From positions 14,942,001-15,006,000 of the forward strand of contig NC_047068.1 of NCBI RefSeq assembly GCF_902459465.1: a DNA stretch of 64,000 nucleotides, in the 5' to 3' direction. The notes below the pieces were generated by a model, which was not told the DNA's origin, did not search any database, and worked only from the letters and a program-made list of their open reading frames with translations. Position 1 is the first letter of the stretch; each line of letters begins with the position of its first letter. Both the position numbers and the translations under genes were made by a program. Positions 10,250-22,541 of this stretch are shown here, one piece after another. The DNA comes from Asterias rubens (taxonomy: Eukaryota).

Positions 10250-12698
10250 ATAGGGTCCACAGTTCGGGAAAGGTCCATAGTTGGAACGTGTACAAAACCA
10301 TTGGGGCCTGGTGCGACTTTACAAAACCAATGGGACCTAGTGCAAAAAAGTTAAAGTATAAACAAAAGAGGGACAATAGGGGTCCACAGTATGCGTATGC
10401 ACACTTGGTACACTCTGATCATTCAGTTGATCTGGCATTATATAACCCCCCCCCCCCCACCCACCGCCACCCACTCCATGCAACCAACCTATGAATCTAT
10501 GAATAACTCATCAATTTGTATACTCTCATGCTTTCAATGATGCACCAATTAATGGTTTCTGTTTCCCCAAGGTATTTGTGCATGATCTAGGTATGCCCAT
10601 GAAGGCTTTCTGTTTTAACCTGACCCAATTTCAGAATACCCAATCTCATGGCCTTGCTTACCATAAAGAATATTAGCGCTTACAGAATATTAGCAGGGTC
10701 GCTTGTATGCAGGCGTTCTCCACGCTGCTACGTACTACACTTACACAGCAAGCGCACAAAGAGGGCGTTGGAATTGGGTTCTGAACATCAGCCCTGCTGG
10801 TAAACCTCAATCAATTTCTTTTCTTATTAATTTCAAGGGTTAAATTTTCAATATCAAGGGCTATATTGATCTGTAAAATTCCGAACAAAAAATGAGTGCT
10901 TAATAACAAAATGTAAGGAGACTTTTGAATACGTTCAAGCTGGTGCAATTGGCAGAAGTTACCTCAAAGGTTGCTCAAATGAGATTGACCCGCTAACCAA
11001 CACTTGAATCACTGGCCTTGAGCCTGCGGTCCAGTGATAATTTTGAGCCTGACTGGGCCAGTCGGGCAAAATTTTCATTTTGCTACATAACTGGAAATTT
11101 CTGCTAAGCAAAAAAAATAAACAGAAAACCAGTCACAAAAGGTACACATGAACATGGCAGTTTGGCCGGTTAACTTTTTCTGGTAAACGCAACTGTTTTG
11201 TGCTTTGCTTAGTTTTGTGCTTAAGGCATCTATTCAACTAGGCCAAGGTTGTTTTCGCTTTGGACTCCCAACAAATACTATTGCTGAAGTTTCAAGCCGA
11301 GTCAATATCTTAATTCATAGAAATAGGTCACAAAGGGATATTTATTTATTTGAAACTTTCTCCAACTAGCTAATTAAGGTAGGGAAATTGTCCACCATTA
11401 TGAGTTCAGTTTCAATAAAAATAAACAACCTGTTACACGGAGAAGTAGTTATTACATGTGCTTTTTTTCAAGACCTAATTTTGAATAAAAGCCTTTCTTA
11501 GAGAATAGAGAATTGTTACTGTTTCCAGTACTGGATGTTTACAATAAACACAAAATCTTGAATGGAATTGCCGGCTTCTATTAACGTAACACTATCCGAA
11601 AATGTCAACGGATTGTACCTCGCAACAGCCAATTTAAGGGCATTGTTGAATTTATTGATTACATTTGAAAATAGGAGTTCTAAATTACTGCATTTGTCCC
11701 TGCCACTTATTAAATGTTGTCTTTGGCAACATAGACTGTGTCTTTATTTCATTACGACTAAGGCCTCACTAATTGCTTTATAGTGTAATGTAATTTGAAA
11801 TGTCAAGATCGAAAAAGAGGAAATGAGTATTCAACGATCCTCCCTAAAATTAAGAATTTCCCTGTATTTATTTTATTTGAGGGTTGAACAAAGAAAAATT
11901 GACTGGAGCTAGATTTGAACAAGCCACCTGGAAAAAATAAAAACGAGTGCTTGTAGTACGATCTTTGGAGATTTTGCTTTCAAACACAGCATCCCTGTTT
12001 GCATCCCTGTGGAGACTTTTGTTTTCTTTCCTATGTCCCTGTAATTAAGAACCTCCCATGGACTCTGTTCACTAATTTCCTTGTTGAGCGACCCAGTCTT
12101 TAAAATTTCCCTACAGAGCCTGTTTGTTTACCCTTTTCTATTTTGTTCTAGGTCTACATAAGCTAGTGAATACAAAATCACCAACTCCCTTAAAAGCCAT
12201 AAGAACAATTAGCTACAGCAGAAAACTGAAGCCAAATCAAACGATATTGTCTCTAATAGAGTTCTGATGAAGGAGGAGGGGGGGGGAATGGTGTTGATTG
12301 CCTTATGTTTGATCTTTCAACATGAAATTTGAAATAAGGCTTCACTGGATATAATCTATCAACAACAATTGAAACTTTGCATGCCAAAGGGGAAATTTTG
12401 GTAGAAATGCTTAATTCAAAATGCCAAATTCAATGCTGTTTCGATTGAATATCATTAAAATTCCTGAAGAAACTAAAAACGTTCTGTTAAAAAATGTAAA
12501 GACCAAAATATTTGAAATGTAACTTTACTGGACAGGTTTCTAACATTTTAACGCTAGGTTAGAGACTTGCACAGTTTTTCCTACTTTCGTTAGAACTCTA
12601 TCTGTTTGAAAATGACTGCCTCAGCCCACATAACTTAATTTGAGCCCCTATTTTTAATCTTTAATTTAATTTTAATTGTATTTAATAATGGGTTCTTT

Positions 12699-13035
12699 AA
12701 AGTGCTTATTCACACCCTTAAGGGTGGTGTATCAAAGCGCTCATTGTAAATAAAGCTATTAATTATGAGACCCATTTATGTGGCACCTTACAATGGTTTA
12801 TAAGGTGCGAAGACGCATTAAGCAGCCACTGCCAGACGAATCGGGGCAAACCCCCATTCTGTGCACAATAAGTGCACTTGGTTCTTTTACGTGCATTACA
12901 CAACACACAGGACCAAGCCCTTTATGTCTACTCTGGAGGTTGAATCAATAATGTCTTGCTAATGGACACACACTCTGCTGATCAGATATGCAGAGCTTGA
13001 GTCCAGTGTGCTTGACCGCTTGGCCATGATACAAG
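12699..13035 (-). mobile_element. tRNA-derived SINE
   Basis: Shares head (CACACTCTGCTGA..AGAGCTTGAGTCC) and body (GTGCACT.GGTTCTTTTACG) with 23721-24100 and 54661-54960. Confidence 0.7.
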
Positions 13036-13183
13036 ACAAACGCGAACAAAAAAAAACCACAAGTTTTCAATTCTTCATGATCTTGTTCAAGATAGAAGAT
13101 GGCTTTTTAGAATTTTGGTGAAGGATAACCAATTTTTTTATGGACAAACTGACTTCACTATCGAAATCCTGCACTTCAAGCAT

Positions 13184-13460
13184 TTAACTATTTCAGTGCC
13201 AAGGATGACATGTACGATCTATTTTAAGTATTCTGAAAGGGCCATTATCAAACAATCTATTCCATATACTAAAAAAGTGTCATCAATAATTCATGTAAAT
13301 CCACAATCGACATGTTATCACAAGAAGGTATGATCACTCAAAAAATACTATTGACTTTGGGATGTAAAAAGTCAAACAAATCAACAAGATACATTTTGTT
13401 TTGTGAAAAACATTCAAAGAAATATTGTTATGCACAGTTTCAAAAAAACTTTAAAAGCTG
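13184..13460 (+). mobile_element. piggyBac-like fragment, copy 2
   Basis: Homologous to 320-600. Confidence 0.45.
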
Positions 13461-13470
13461 AGCATTAAAC

Positions 13471-13763
13471 AAGGGAATCAATGTGTGGTGAAGAGGTTTT
13501 CAACTAGTGGTTTAATCCCAACGAGGCCTGGTTCTCCTTATAAGGGAATGCTGTGCGCGTATCGCGTGATGTGGCACAACTGTTTCAGCCGTTGCTCTCG
13601 ACCAATAGGAATGAAGAAACTGTCTTAAGCACAGGTGGTGCAAGCTCGCGTGTCACGCCCATGTTCCAACACTTTTTACTGGTTATAAACAAAGGTTTAT
13701 ACACACCCACGTGACGCGCTCTCCACCAATAGGAATAGCGAAACTGTCTGAGGTATTTATGAA
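13471..13763. mobile_element. Interspersed repeat, internally deleted copy of 16952-17481
   Basis: AAGGGAATCAATGTGTGGTGAA ... GAAACTGTCTGAGGTATTTATGAA shared; the central ~240 bp of the longer copy is missing. Confidence 0.8.
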
Positions 13764-14127
13764 CTAAGGTTCAAAACGCAACAAAAAGGGTCACTGAATC
13801 TTTCTTTTTAGGAAAGATACACTGTTGAATCTGAAAAAGGTTTTGATTGATTGTTTAACCTATCAGTATCACATTTAGGACCTATAGCAAAAAGGGAATT
13901 GCAGTTTGATTGACAATTTAAACAATTCCTAAAATGATTAATTGTTTATTAATGTCACAGCTGTGGTTTCTGAAACAACAGTGAACTATACCACAACAAT
14001 AGTTCCCATTTTTACTTAGATTTCCTACTTAACGAGAAGTGGGAAATGAAAAACAAAACTTTCTGAAAATGTTTATTTCTTTTTAAAGAATGTAGAGAAG
14101 TTATGCAGCTATTACTCACTGGCATGT

Positions 14128-15426
14128 TTATCTTAACTTCATACTGCATGACTTGATTGGTTTATCCTTTATCCATTCATTCCACCGGATGCCTCGTCTG
14201 GTAGGGTAGCTCTGCCCATATTCACCATTTAAGTGAGACTTCACTGTGCAGTCTCCGAACCACCAGGCTCCATTAGCTGTGTCTGCACAATTCCCACTGT
14301 CATAGTCATCATTGTCTCTACCCTTTGTTGTGAAATCTTTCTTATTGCTATCACCCATGGAGTCTGCTTGGCCACCGTCATAATTATCGTAACTGAATTG
14401 GTAATTACTACCAGAAATGCTTACTCCACTATACTTTGCATATCCATTAGAACCTGCCCATGATTCAGCATCTACCCGTAGATTTGTATAACCTGCTGAA
14501 GTCAGTGTGACTAAGTTATCATTGCCAAGCCAGAACTCTCTTGATGGGTCACCGAAGCCAGTCTGGTATTCAGTCCAGCTTTTATAAAAGTCTAGAGTGC
14601 CATCAATTCTCTTCTGAAATACAATCCATCCTCCACCATCAGTCTTCATGTCACAGTACACCTTCATACCAGGTGCACTGGTACCCTTTGGGTAGATTGT
14701 GTATACACCACTCTCAGTGTAACCACCAGATTGAAATGCCTTACAGTCTTTGAGTTTCGGCAGGGGGCTTGGAGTTGAAACGAAGGGGGTTGTTGTCTCA
14801 GTGGTTGAGGGTCGAGTTGTGGTCTCAGTTGATGGGGGTCGAGTTGTTGGCTCAGTGGATGTGGGTCGAGTTGTTGTCTCAGTGGTTTTGGGTTGATTTG
14901 TTGTCTTAGTGGTTGAAGGTTGAGTGGTTTGGTCAGATGTGGACTTCACAGAGGATGTTTCCATTTCACAGTAAATCTGCTGACAGTTCACCAACCCATC
15001 AGGGCAGATGGTGTAATATCCACTTTTCTCAATCCCTCCCTGACAACTTTTGAAGCATTCAAATGTTTTATCAACGATGGAACGAATAGGTGTGCCCTCA
15101 TCCATGTCAAAGTACATATATTCTTGATCTTCAACAAAGTCTTCAGTGTGCTCCTTCCTTGTAGAATTGTTCAACTCACAAAACCCTCTACATTTGTAGA
15201 AGTTGAAAGACTTACAGTCTTTCTCCAGACTGCAATCTCGTCCACAGATGACATGATTGGCCACAGTTTTGTTCTTGTACACAAAGTTCTTGAGGACCAT
15301 GTTTTCAGCACTGAAGAACTGGTGTTCCAACTGACCACACTGACTGCCAAACCTTTCCGCCACCATCGATGGAGAAAACCCCCAAACTGTCATGAAATAG
15401 AGGACAGAGAGAATTCGCAGAGCCAT
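14128..15426 (-). CDS. PAN + truncated FReD-N module + mucin stalk + FReD protein, copy 2 (432 aa)
   Basis: ATG 15426, signal peptide MALRILSVLYFMTVWG, PAN Cys motif, ~5-6 degenerate 9-aa Thr/Pro repeats, complete FReD (YCDMKTDGGGWIVFQKR, EFWLGND, GAWWF). Confidence 0.92.
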   Translation of the reverse strand: MALRILSVLYFMTVWGFSPSMVAERFGSQCGQLEHQFFSAENMVLKNFVYKNKTVANHVICGRDCSLEKDCKSFNFYKCRGFCELNNSTRKEHTEDFVEDQEYMYFDMDEGTPIRSIVDKTFECFKSCQGGIEKSGYYTICPDGLVNCQQIYCEMETSSVKSTSDQTTQPSTTKTTNQPKTTETTTRPTSTEPTTRPPSTETTTRPSTTETTTPFVSTPSPLPKLKDCKAFQSGGYTESGVYTIYPKGTSAPGMKVYCDMKTDGGGWIVFQKRIDGTLDFYKSWTEYQTGFGDPSREFWLGNDNLVTLTSAGYTNLRVDAESWAGSNGYAKYSGVSISGSNYQFSYDNYDGGQADSMGDSNKKDFTTKGRDNDDYDSGNCADTANGAWWFGDCTVKSHLNGEYGQSYPTRRGIRWNEWIKDKPIKSCSMKLR

Positions 15427-16951
15427 ATTGAATCAGAGTTGACAACATTCACTTTTCAAAATAAAGGAAAAAGTAAAACTGTGTATCAGCAATCTGTTCT
15501 CAGTAGCTAGATAATTGAAGTACAGTTTATGCTAATGCACACCAGCATGTGGAATTAACATCTGGCTGTAATTGACGTGGACCTTGGTTTTATTACCAAG
15601 AGTAACACTCCAAATGCACTAATTGGTCAAACCTGGAAGTTAATACGTCTTGTCCCACTGATCATCTGATTGGCTAATGGCTTGTGTTTTTTTACCTCAC
15701 CATTTCTGTTCATTTCCCTGTGATTGGCTAACCGGTATATGTCAATACAGCAATGCTCCCAGCTGGTTGACTCCTACATCATGAAGTGACACAAGACCTT
15801 TTTAGCATCACTACTATGACATCAACCATGGATCAGGTTCACGTGTTTAATTAAACAACTCGAAAAAAGCTTCATATGTGCTTTCAGTCACCGAAACGCC
15901 CCCTGGAAAATCACTGGTTGAAAACACCTGGCAAGCACGTCTCTTAGCTGTTTACGCTCCAACTGAAGCTTGTAATGTTTGACCACATAGCCCATTCTCC
16001 CTCATTGATCTTAAGAATGGACGATCAATCAATATTCCATCAACAGACCCTCAGTTTAATGACAGCATTTTCGGTTTTCTCAACCTAGATATGCTGCTAA
16101 ATTTATTTTAAGGCGGACTAAATATTGATTGATGATGAGCAGGGGCTGGTGGTGGAAGTTCACCCAATATGAATCAGTGGATTTAATCTCTGAGCCTTGC
16201 TCTTCTTCAAAAGACAGTAAAAACAAACACCTTGTTCTCTAGTTAATACTTAACCACAACTTCTTGATTTGTGCAATTCATAATCACACTGTGTTAAACC
16301 AGTGTTTCACACAACTGGTTATTGGCATAATGAGGCAAAACATGATTGAGAGATTGACTGTTGCCAGCTTGGTGTTTATTTCCCCCTTGTGGGAGTTTAC
16401 CGAGTGGGAGTTTACCGAGTACCGAGTTCTTGTTTGGAGATCGTCTAAAACAAGCATCAAATCCTCCCCCAACTCCATTTTCTTTGTTTTAAGTTACAGG
16501 AACTCACATGACTTTTAAGAGCACAATTTTCAGGCCCTTGTAGGCATAATTACATGACCGTCCAATTTTTCACAGATTTGTTATTTTATGCATATGGTTG
16601 GGATACACCAAGTGAGGACATTGCATAAGCTCAGCAACCATGTAGCATGTCGCTGTAAACAAGACTATATATGGACAAATTAGTTTATAAGCTATACCTG
16701 TTAAATCAAGACTGATATATTTTCAGCACTACGTGCATGTGTGCGAAGTTGCAATGAAACTAAGATGAATATAAGCATGCGATTAAAGTGCAAAGCGCAA
16801 ACTACTTATACACAATGTATGCTGGTTTAGGGGCCACTTATTCGCTATTTTCCCAAATCGGTCCTAAATCATCCGTGAATACATACCCACGTGATCGGGT
16901 TTTAACCAATCAGAGTCTGGAAACTGTCTAGTGTCTAAGATATTTATTAAT

Positions 16952-17481
16952 AAGGGAATCAATGTGTGGTGAATAGGTTTTCAACTAGTGGTTTAAGCCA
17001 AACGAGGCCTGGTTCTTGATAATTTTTACAGAGACGAAGTCGAGGTAAATTATCAAGAGCCAGGCCATGGCGGGTTTAAACCACTATAGTTAAAAACCGA
17101 TTCAGCCCACTTTGATTCCCATTCATAAATACCTTTTTGGTCAAAAAACATCAACACTGTTTGGTCAAAAAATAAAATAAATGCAAAAATTATTAATTTT
17201 CAATGATTTCTTTCAACACAACACCCCTCCAGCTATGAAATGGTAAGGCCCTCGGCCTGATCGGGTTAACAACTCCTTATAAGGGAATGATGTGCGCGTC
17301 GTGCATATCGCGTGATGTGGCACAACTGTCCCGGCCGTTGCGCTCGACCAATAGGAATGAAGAAACTGTCTTATAATCACAGGTGCAAGCTCGAGTGTCA
17401 TAAACAAAGGTTTATACAAACCCACGTGACGCTCTCTCAACCATTAGGAATAGCGAAACTGTCTGAGGTATTTATGAATAA
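16952..17481. mobile_element. Interspersed repeat with ~165-bp imperfect hairpin (16954-17120)
   Basis: Arms GGGAATCAA...GGCCTGGTTCTTGATAATTT and AAATTATCAAGAGCCAGGCC...TTGATTCCC; second copy at 13471. Confidence 0.8.
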
Positions 17482-17596
17482 TAAATAAAGAATATTCATT
17501 TTGGATAATAACCAAAAATTAATATTGTTATTAACACGCTGTTACAATTATCACCCTGTTCACTATTATTATTTAAATGAAGAGATGTACTCACTA

Positions 17597-19006
17597 TTAA
17601 GGTTTACGTAGTATCATACTGCATGCTTTGATGGGTTGATTCCATTCGTACCATACAATGCCTCGTTTGACACCAAGGTTCTGCTCATATTCACCATTTA
17701 AGTGAGACTTCACTGTGCAGTCTTTGAACCACCAGGCTCCATGAGTTTGTTCTGCACAATTCTCATCGCTCGCCTCATCATTGTCTTTATCCTTTGTTGT
17801 GAACTTTTTGCCTTTGTTGTCATTAAGAGAGTTTTTTGCAGGTGCCCCTAATTTGTAATTGGTATAAGTGAATATATATTCACTTCCAGTAACGCTTACA
17901 CCATCATACTCTACATATCCTGTTTCACCATCTGATTCAAGAACCACCCGTAGCTTGGTAAAACCTGCTGAGGTCAGGGCCACCAAGTTCTCATTGCCAA
18001 GCCAGTACTCACCAGATGGATCACCAAAGCCAGACTTGTACTCATCCCAGTTGCGGTCAAAGTCTACACTGCCATTCAGTCGCCTCTGAAATACAATCCA
18101 TCCCCTATCATCAGTCACCATGTCGCAGTACACCCGCATATCAGCTGCACTGGATCCACTTGGGTAGACTGTGTATACGTTACTCCTGCTATAACCAGTA
18201 TCTCGAAACTCTTGGCAGCTGCTGAGTTTAGGCAGGGGGCTCTGAGCTGAAAAGAAGGGAGTTGTTGGCTCAGTGGATGAGGGTTGAGCTGTTGGCTCAG
18301 TGGATGAGGGTCGAGTTGTTGGCTCAGTGGATGAGGGTTGAGTTGTTGGCTCAGTGGATGAGGGTTGAGTTGTTGGCTCAGTGGATGAGGGTTGAGTTGT
18401 TGGCTCAGTGGATGAGGGTTGAGTTGTTGGCTCAGTGGATGAGGGTTGAGTTGTTGGCTTAGTGGATGAGGGTTGAGTTGTTGGCTCAGTGGATGAGGGT
18501 TGAGTGGTCTGGTCTGTTATAGATGTCTTCACAGAGGATGTTTCCATTTCACAGTAAATCTGCTGACAGTTCACCAACCCATCAGGGCAGATGGTGTAAT
18601 ATCCACTTTTCTCAATCCCTCCCTGACAACTTTTGAAGCATTCAAAAGTTTTATCAACGGTGGAACGAATAGGTGTGCCCTCATCCATGTCAAAGTACAA
18701 ACTTTCTTGATCTTCAACAAAGTCTTCAGTGTGTTCCGTCCTTGTAGAATTGTTCAACTCACAAAACCCTCTACATTTGTAGAAGTTGAAAGACTTACAG
18801 TCTTTCTCCAGACCGCAATCCCGTCCACAGATGACATGATTGGCCACAGTTTTGTTCTTGTACACAAAGTTCTTGAGGACCATGTTTTCAGCACTGAAGA
18901 ACTGGTGTTTTAACTGACCACACTGACTGCCAAACCATTCCGCCATCGATGGAGAAAACCCCCAAATTGTCATGAAATAGAGGACAGAGAGAATTTGCAG
19001 ATCCAT
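17597..19006 (-). CDS. PAN + truncated FReD-N + mucin stalk + FReD protein, copy 3 (469 aa)
   Basis: First ATG 19006 (the ORF-track start at 19039 is TTG); signal peptide; PAN; ~9 EPTTQPSST repeats; complete FReD. Confidence 0.92.
   Translation of the reverse strand: MDLQILSVLYFMTIWGFSPSMAEWFGSQCGQLKHQFFSAENMVLKNFVYKNKTVANHVICGRDCGLEKDCKSFNFYKCRGFCELNNSTRTEHTEDFVEDQESLYFDMDEGTPIRSTVDKTFECFKSCQGGIEKSGYYTICPDGLVNCQQIYCEMETSSVKTSITDQTTQPSSTEPTTQPSSTKPTTQPSSTEPTTQPSSTEPTTQPSSTEPTTQPSSTEPTTQPSSTEPTTRPSSTEPTAQPSSTEPTTPFFSAQSPLPKLSSCQEFRDTGYSRSNVYTVYPSGSSAADMRVYCDMVTDDRGWIVFQRRLNGSVDFDRNWDEYKSGFGDPSGEYWLGNENLVALTSAGFTKLRVVLESDGETGYVEYDGVSVTGSEYIFTYTNYKLGAPAKNSLNDNKGKKFTTKDKDNDEASDENCAEQTHGAWWFKDCTVKSHLNGEYEQNLGVKRGIVWYEWNQPIKACSMILRKP
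18262..18512 (-). repeat. Coding 27-bp minisatellite (~9 units) in copy 3
   Basis: GAGTTGTTGGCTCAGTGGATGAGGGTT repeated. Confidence 0.95.
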
Positions 19007-19359
19007 ATTGAAACAGAGTTGACAACATTCACTCTTCAAGAAACAATGATGACATTAAATTGCACTCAGCAATTTTTGTTTGTTGAAGTGTTAGTTTGAG
19101 CACACGGCAAAGTCTAGAATCGTTTCCAACTTGCAGTTCTAGTATGTGGTCGTTGTTTTCCACCAGTGGTTTCTTTCCAAACACACTAGTTGGTCATATA
19201 TCTCTGAGACGATGCAACTTGTCCGATCAGTCACCTGATTGGTTAGTATTTTATGGTTTCATGTGACCATTTCGATGACTTATCCAGTGATTGGTCTTCA
19301 TGTAATTGTTCTAGCTAGGTGACTGGTACATCATTCCATCACTCCCACAGAGGCTGTTT

Positions 19360-19746
19360 TTAAAGGCAGTGGACACTATTGGTAATTACTCAAAATAATT
19401 ATTGGCATAAAACCTTTCTTGGTGACGAGTAATGGGGAGAGGTTGATGGTATAAAACATTGTGAGAAACGGCTCCCTCTGAAGTGCCATAGTTTTCGAGA
19501 AAGAAGTAATTTTCCACGAATGTCATTTCTAGACCTCAGGTTTAGAACTTGAGGTCTCGAAATCAACCATCTAAACGCACACAACTTCGTGTGACAGGGG
19601 TGTTTTTTTCTTTCATTATTATCTCGCAACATCGATGACCGATTGAGCTCAAATTTTCACAGGTTTGTTATTTTATGCATATGTTGAGATACACCAACTG
19701 TGAAGGCTAGTCTTTGACAATTACCAATAGTGTCCACTGCCTTTAA
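19360..19746 (+). mobile_element. TTAA MITE family A, full length
   Basis: Perfect 28-bp inverted ends including TTAA: TTAAAGGCAGTGGACACTATTGGTAATT / AATTACCAATAGTGTCCACTGCCTTTAA. Confidence 0.92.
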
Positions 19747-21450
19747 TGTCACTCGATCAATTTTAAACCAGGCACCGCTTCCAAATCAAGGACTTCTTAT
19801 GTGCTTCAGTCACCGAAACAGCCCATCGTCAGGAAATCACTCATTAAAAATGCCTGCAATGTACATCTTTTGGCAATATACCCTCCAACTGGACAAAGCT
19901 TAATTGCATCGACTGATCCTATGCCTTATTGTGTCTCACGTTGATCTATGAATAGACGATCAATATTTCATGGACAGATCATTAGTTTATCATTAGGTTT
20001 AAAGGTTTACTCAACCAAAAAGGACTGATAACCTTTTCCAAATCTCTTTTGCCTTTGAATTCGACTGGAAACCAGATATTGAAGTCATTACCCATGTATA
20101 GGTTCTATTGAGTTAATTGCAAAAGAAGAACATTTTAAAAATTGTAGTTAATTTCACCCCAGTTTCTGAAATCAAGGGTTTAATATCCACACTCTTCCAT
20201 TATTATACGTTGTTTTTCACTACTGGATAACTTTATATCTTTAAACTAAGAACTACTAAAGAAACTTGTAGACCCTGTGCCCAACGCGCAATGCACTTAG
20301 TCATAATTATCCGCTGACACTGTTCTGCTTCTTTACAGATCAACTTTAACGAAATCACTCTAACTAACTTGTCAACTTATCTGTTTTTGAATTTTTTATT
20401 TTTTGGTAATTATTTGGTCACAAGAGTGAAAGTTTCCTATAGTTTTTTTTTAAATTAAATTTAATCAGAAAAACCAGCCCCCGTCCTTATTCAATTATTA
20501 AACTTGTGATTTTTCCCTGCCGTTAAAAGGCGTCCTACTTGGTTCACAGCAGAGACTCATAAAAAATTAAAGTGAAATCAACAATAAAGGACCAGTGACC
20601 TCAGTAAACCAGCGTAAAAGCAGTCTGTGTTGTAACCTTAATTAAATAAACCACAACATGGACTGGATGAAGGTTGTTTTATCTTAATTGCTGTGCATTT
20701 TCCATTTTCTTGTTTGGACCGTGACTGAAGCGTGACGTCACCGTACTGTTCTGATTCCTAGGGTCCTCAAGGCCTTGTATATAACTCAAAATATTGTCCT
20801 TGCGTGTCACTGATCAATAAAAATGTGATTGATTTTGTGTGACATTATAAAACCATTTTGATTGGGTTTTATTACTTGATTAGATGTAATCAATTTATTA
20901 CACACTTGCTAACCTTTCTTTACCAAAGAACAATCATTTCGTTCAATTAGATCTTTTTAAGGTAAACCTTTCCTGCAGGTTTCATGTAGTTGTGATTTAT
21001 TTCCATAATAAGTAAGATGAATATATCCATCAAGTCCTTAAAATGATAGTCTACATTCGTACCAATCTAGGACCAATTACATAATGCTGCTTCAACAATC
21101 AAGCACCGAGTAAAATGCCTGTGACTTTTTGTTCACAGAGCTCGGGAAAGCACTGAGTGTACAGTTCTTACTACATACATCGGTGTATATGGGTGAAACC
21201 AAAATTAATAATCTTTATCCCCGATGCAAATTTCCATCTTGTAATTGTTTTTAAACCCTCCAGCTTCTAGCTAGGTGACTTGTTAATCGTTCCCACAGAG
21301 GCTGTCCTTTATGTCACTGTGGTATTTATACTATTTTTTGTTTTATACATTTTTTACAGATCCAGCAGCTCATTCTGTGTATATTGGTCGCTATGGGTTT
21401 AGTATTCCAGTTGCTACATGTATAATTTGTCCGATTTGTTTGGCTTTCAT

Positions 21451-21783
21451 TTAAAACCATTGGACCATTTCGGTAAACAGTATTGTCCAAGGCCCACACT
21501 TCGTGTATCACAACTTATATATAAAATAACAAACCTGTGAAAATTTAGGCTCAATTGGTCATCGGCGTCGGTAGAAAATAACGGGAAAACCCACCCTTGT
21601 TTCCGCACGTTGCGCCGTGTCATGACATGTGTTTAATTGTTTAAATGTTTTCTCAAAAAGTAAAGCATGTCATGGAATTCAAGAGAAGTCTTTCACCATT
21701 ACCTTCTGTAAACCCTGTAAGTTATTTGTAAATCTGTGAACTTTTAATTTTGTTTCTGTTCCGAAAGTGTCCAATGGCTTTTA
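21451..21783 (+). mobile_element. TTAA MITE family B
   Basis: TTAAAACCATTGGACCATTTCGG ... CCGAAAGTGTCCAATGGCTT; body matches 41146-41518. Confidence 0.85.
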
Positions 21784-22541
21784 TTTAGCAGATGTTCTTT
21801 ACAAACACAAGTTCTTTGAGTAGCTACTGTCGTAAAAACAAATTCAATATTCCAGACCCCAATCACATTATTAAAAAAAGTATAATAAATTGATTCTTAT
21901 ATAGCACTTTATCACATGAAGGGATCAGGATGGCTATTCATTTGTGCTTCAGTCACCAAAACGACTCATCCTGAGAAAAAAAAAAAGAAAAAAAAATTCC
22001 TCCAGGCACATCTTTTTTGCAATATATGTATGCTTCAGCTGGACAAAGCTTAATTGCAGTGTCTGATCCTATGCCTTATTGTGTTGCTCAATTTCAAAAG
22101 AATAGAGGATCAATATTCATTAGATTATGAGGTATTCTCATGCATAAACTCATAATAATTTTGTTCTTCTAATTTTCTTATAACTTTTCAATCTGCAGAC
22201 CAGATAATAAAATTATTACCCGTATATGGGCTCGCTATTCTAAATTGCAAAAGAAGAAAAGTTAAACACTGGTACTCAATTGTGAGGTTTATCACCGAGT
22301 CTGTGTGTGTGCAATAATTGAGCGATAACTCAAGAAGGACTTGGCATATCAGCACAAAACTTGATTTTGAATCGGTTTTGGGATCCCCCAGAAGCCTCTT
22401 ATTTTTTTTGACCCCCTCAATAATTATCAAGGTAAAACTGCTATTGTGATGGATGCAAAGTGGGACCCTTTGTTGGGTTTCCGGTCAAATGCAATTTGAC
22501 AGGATTCTTTTCCACTCTGTTCTCTTTATGAATAGCTAGCA

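Noticed and set aside
14233-18913. Plus-strand ORFs overlapping FReD genes (e.g. 14920-15510, 18500-18913)
   Set aside because: Antisense shadows of coding sequence, duplicated along with the host genes
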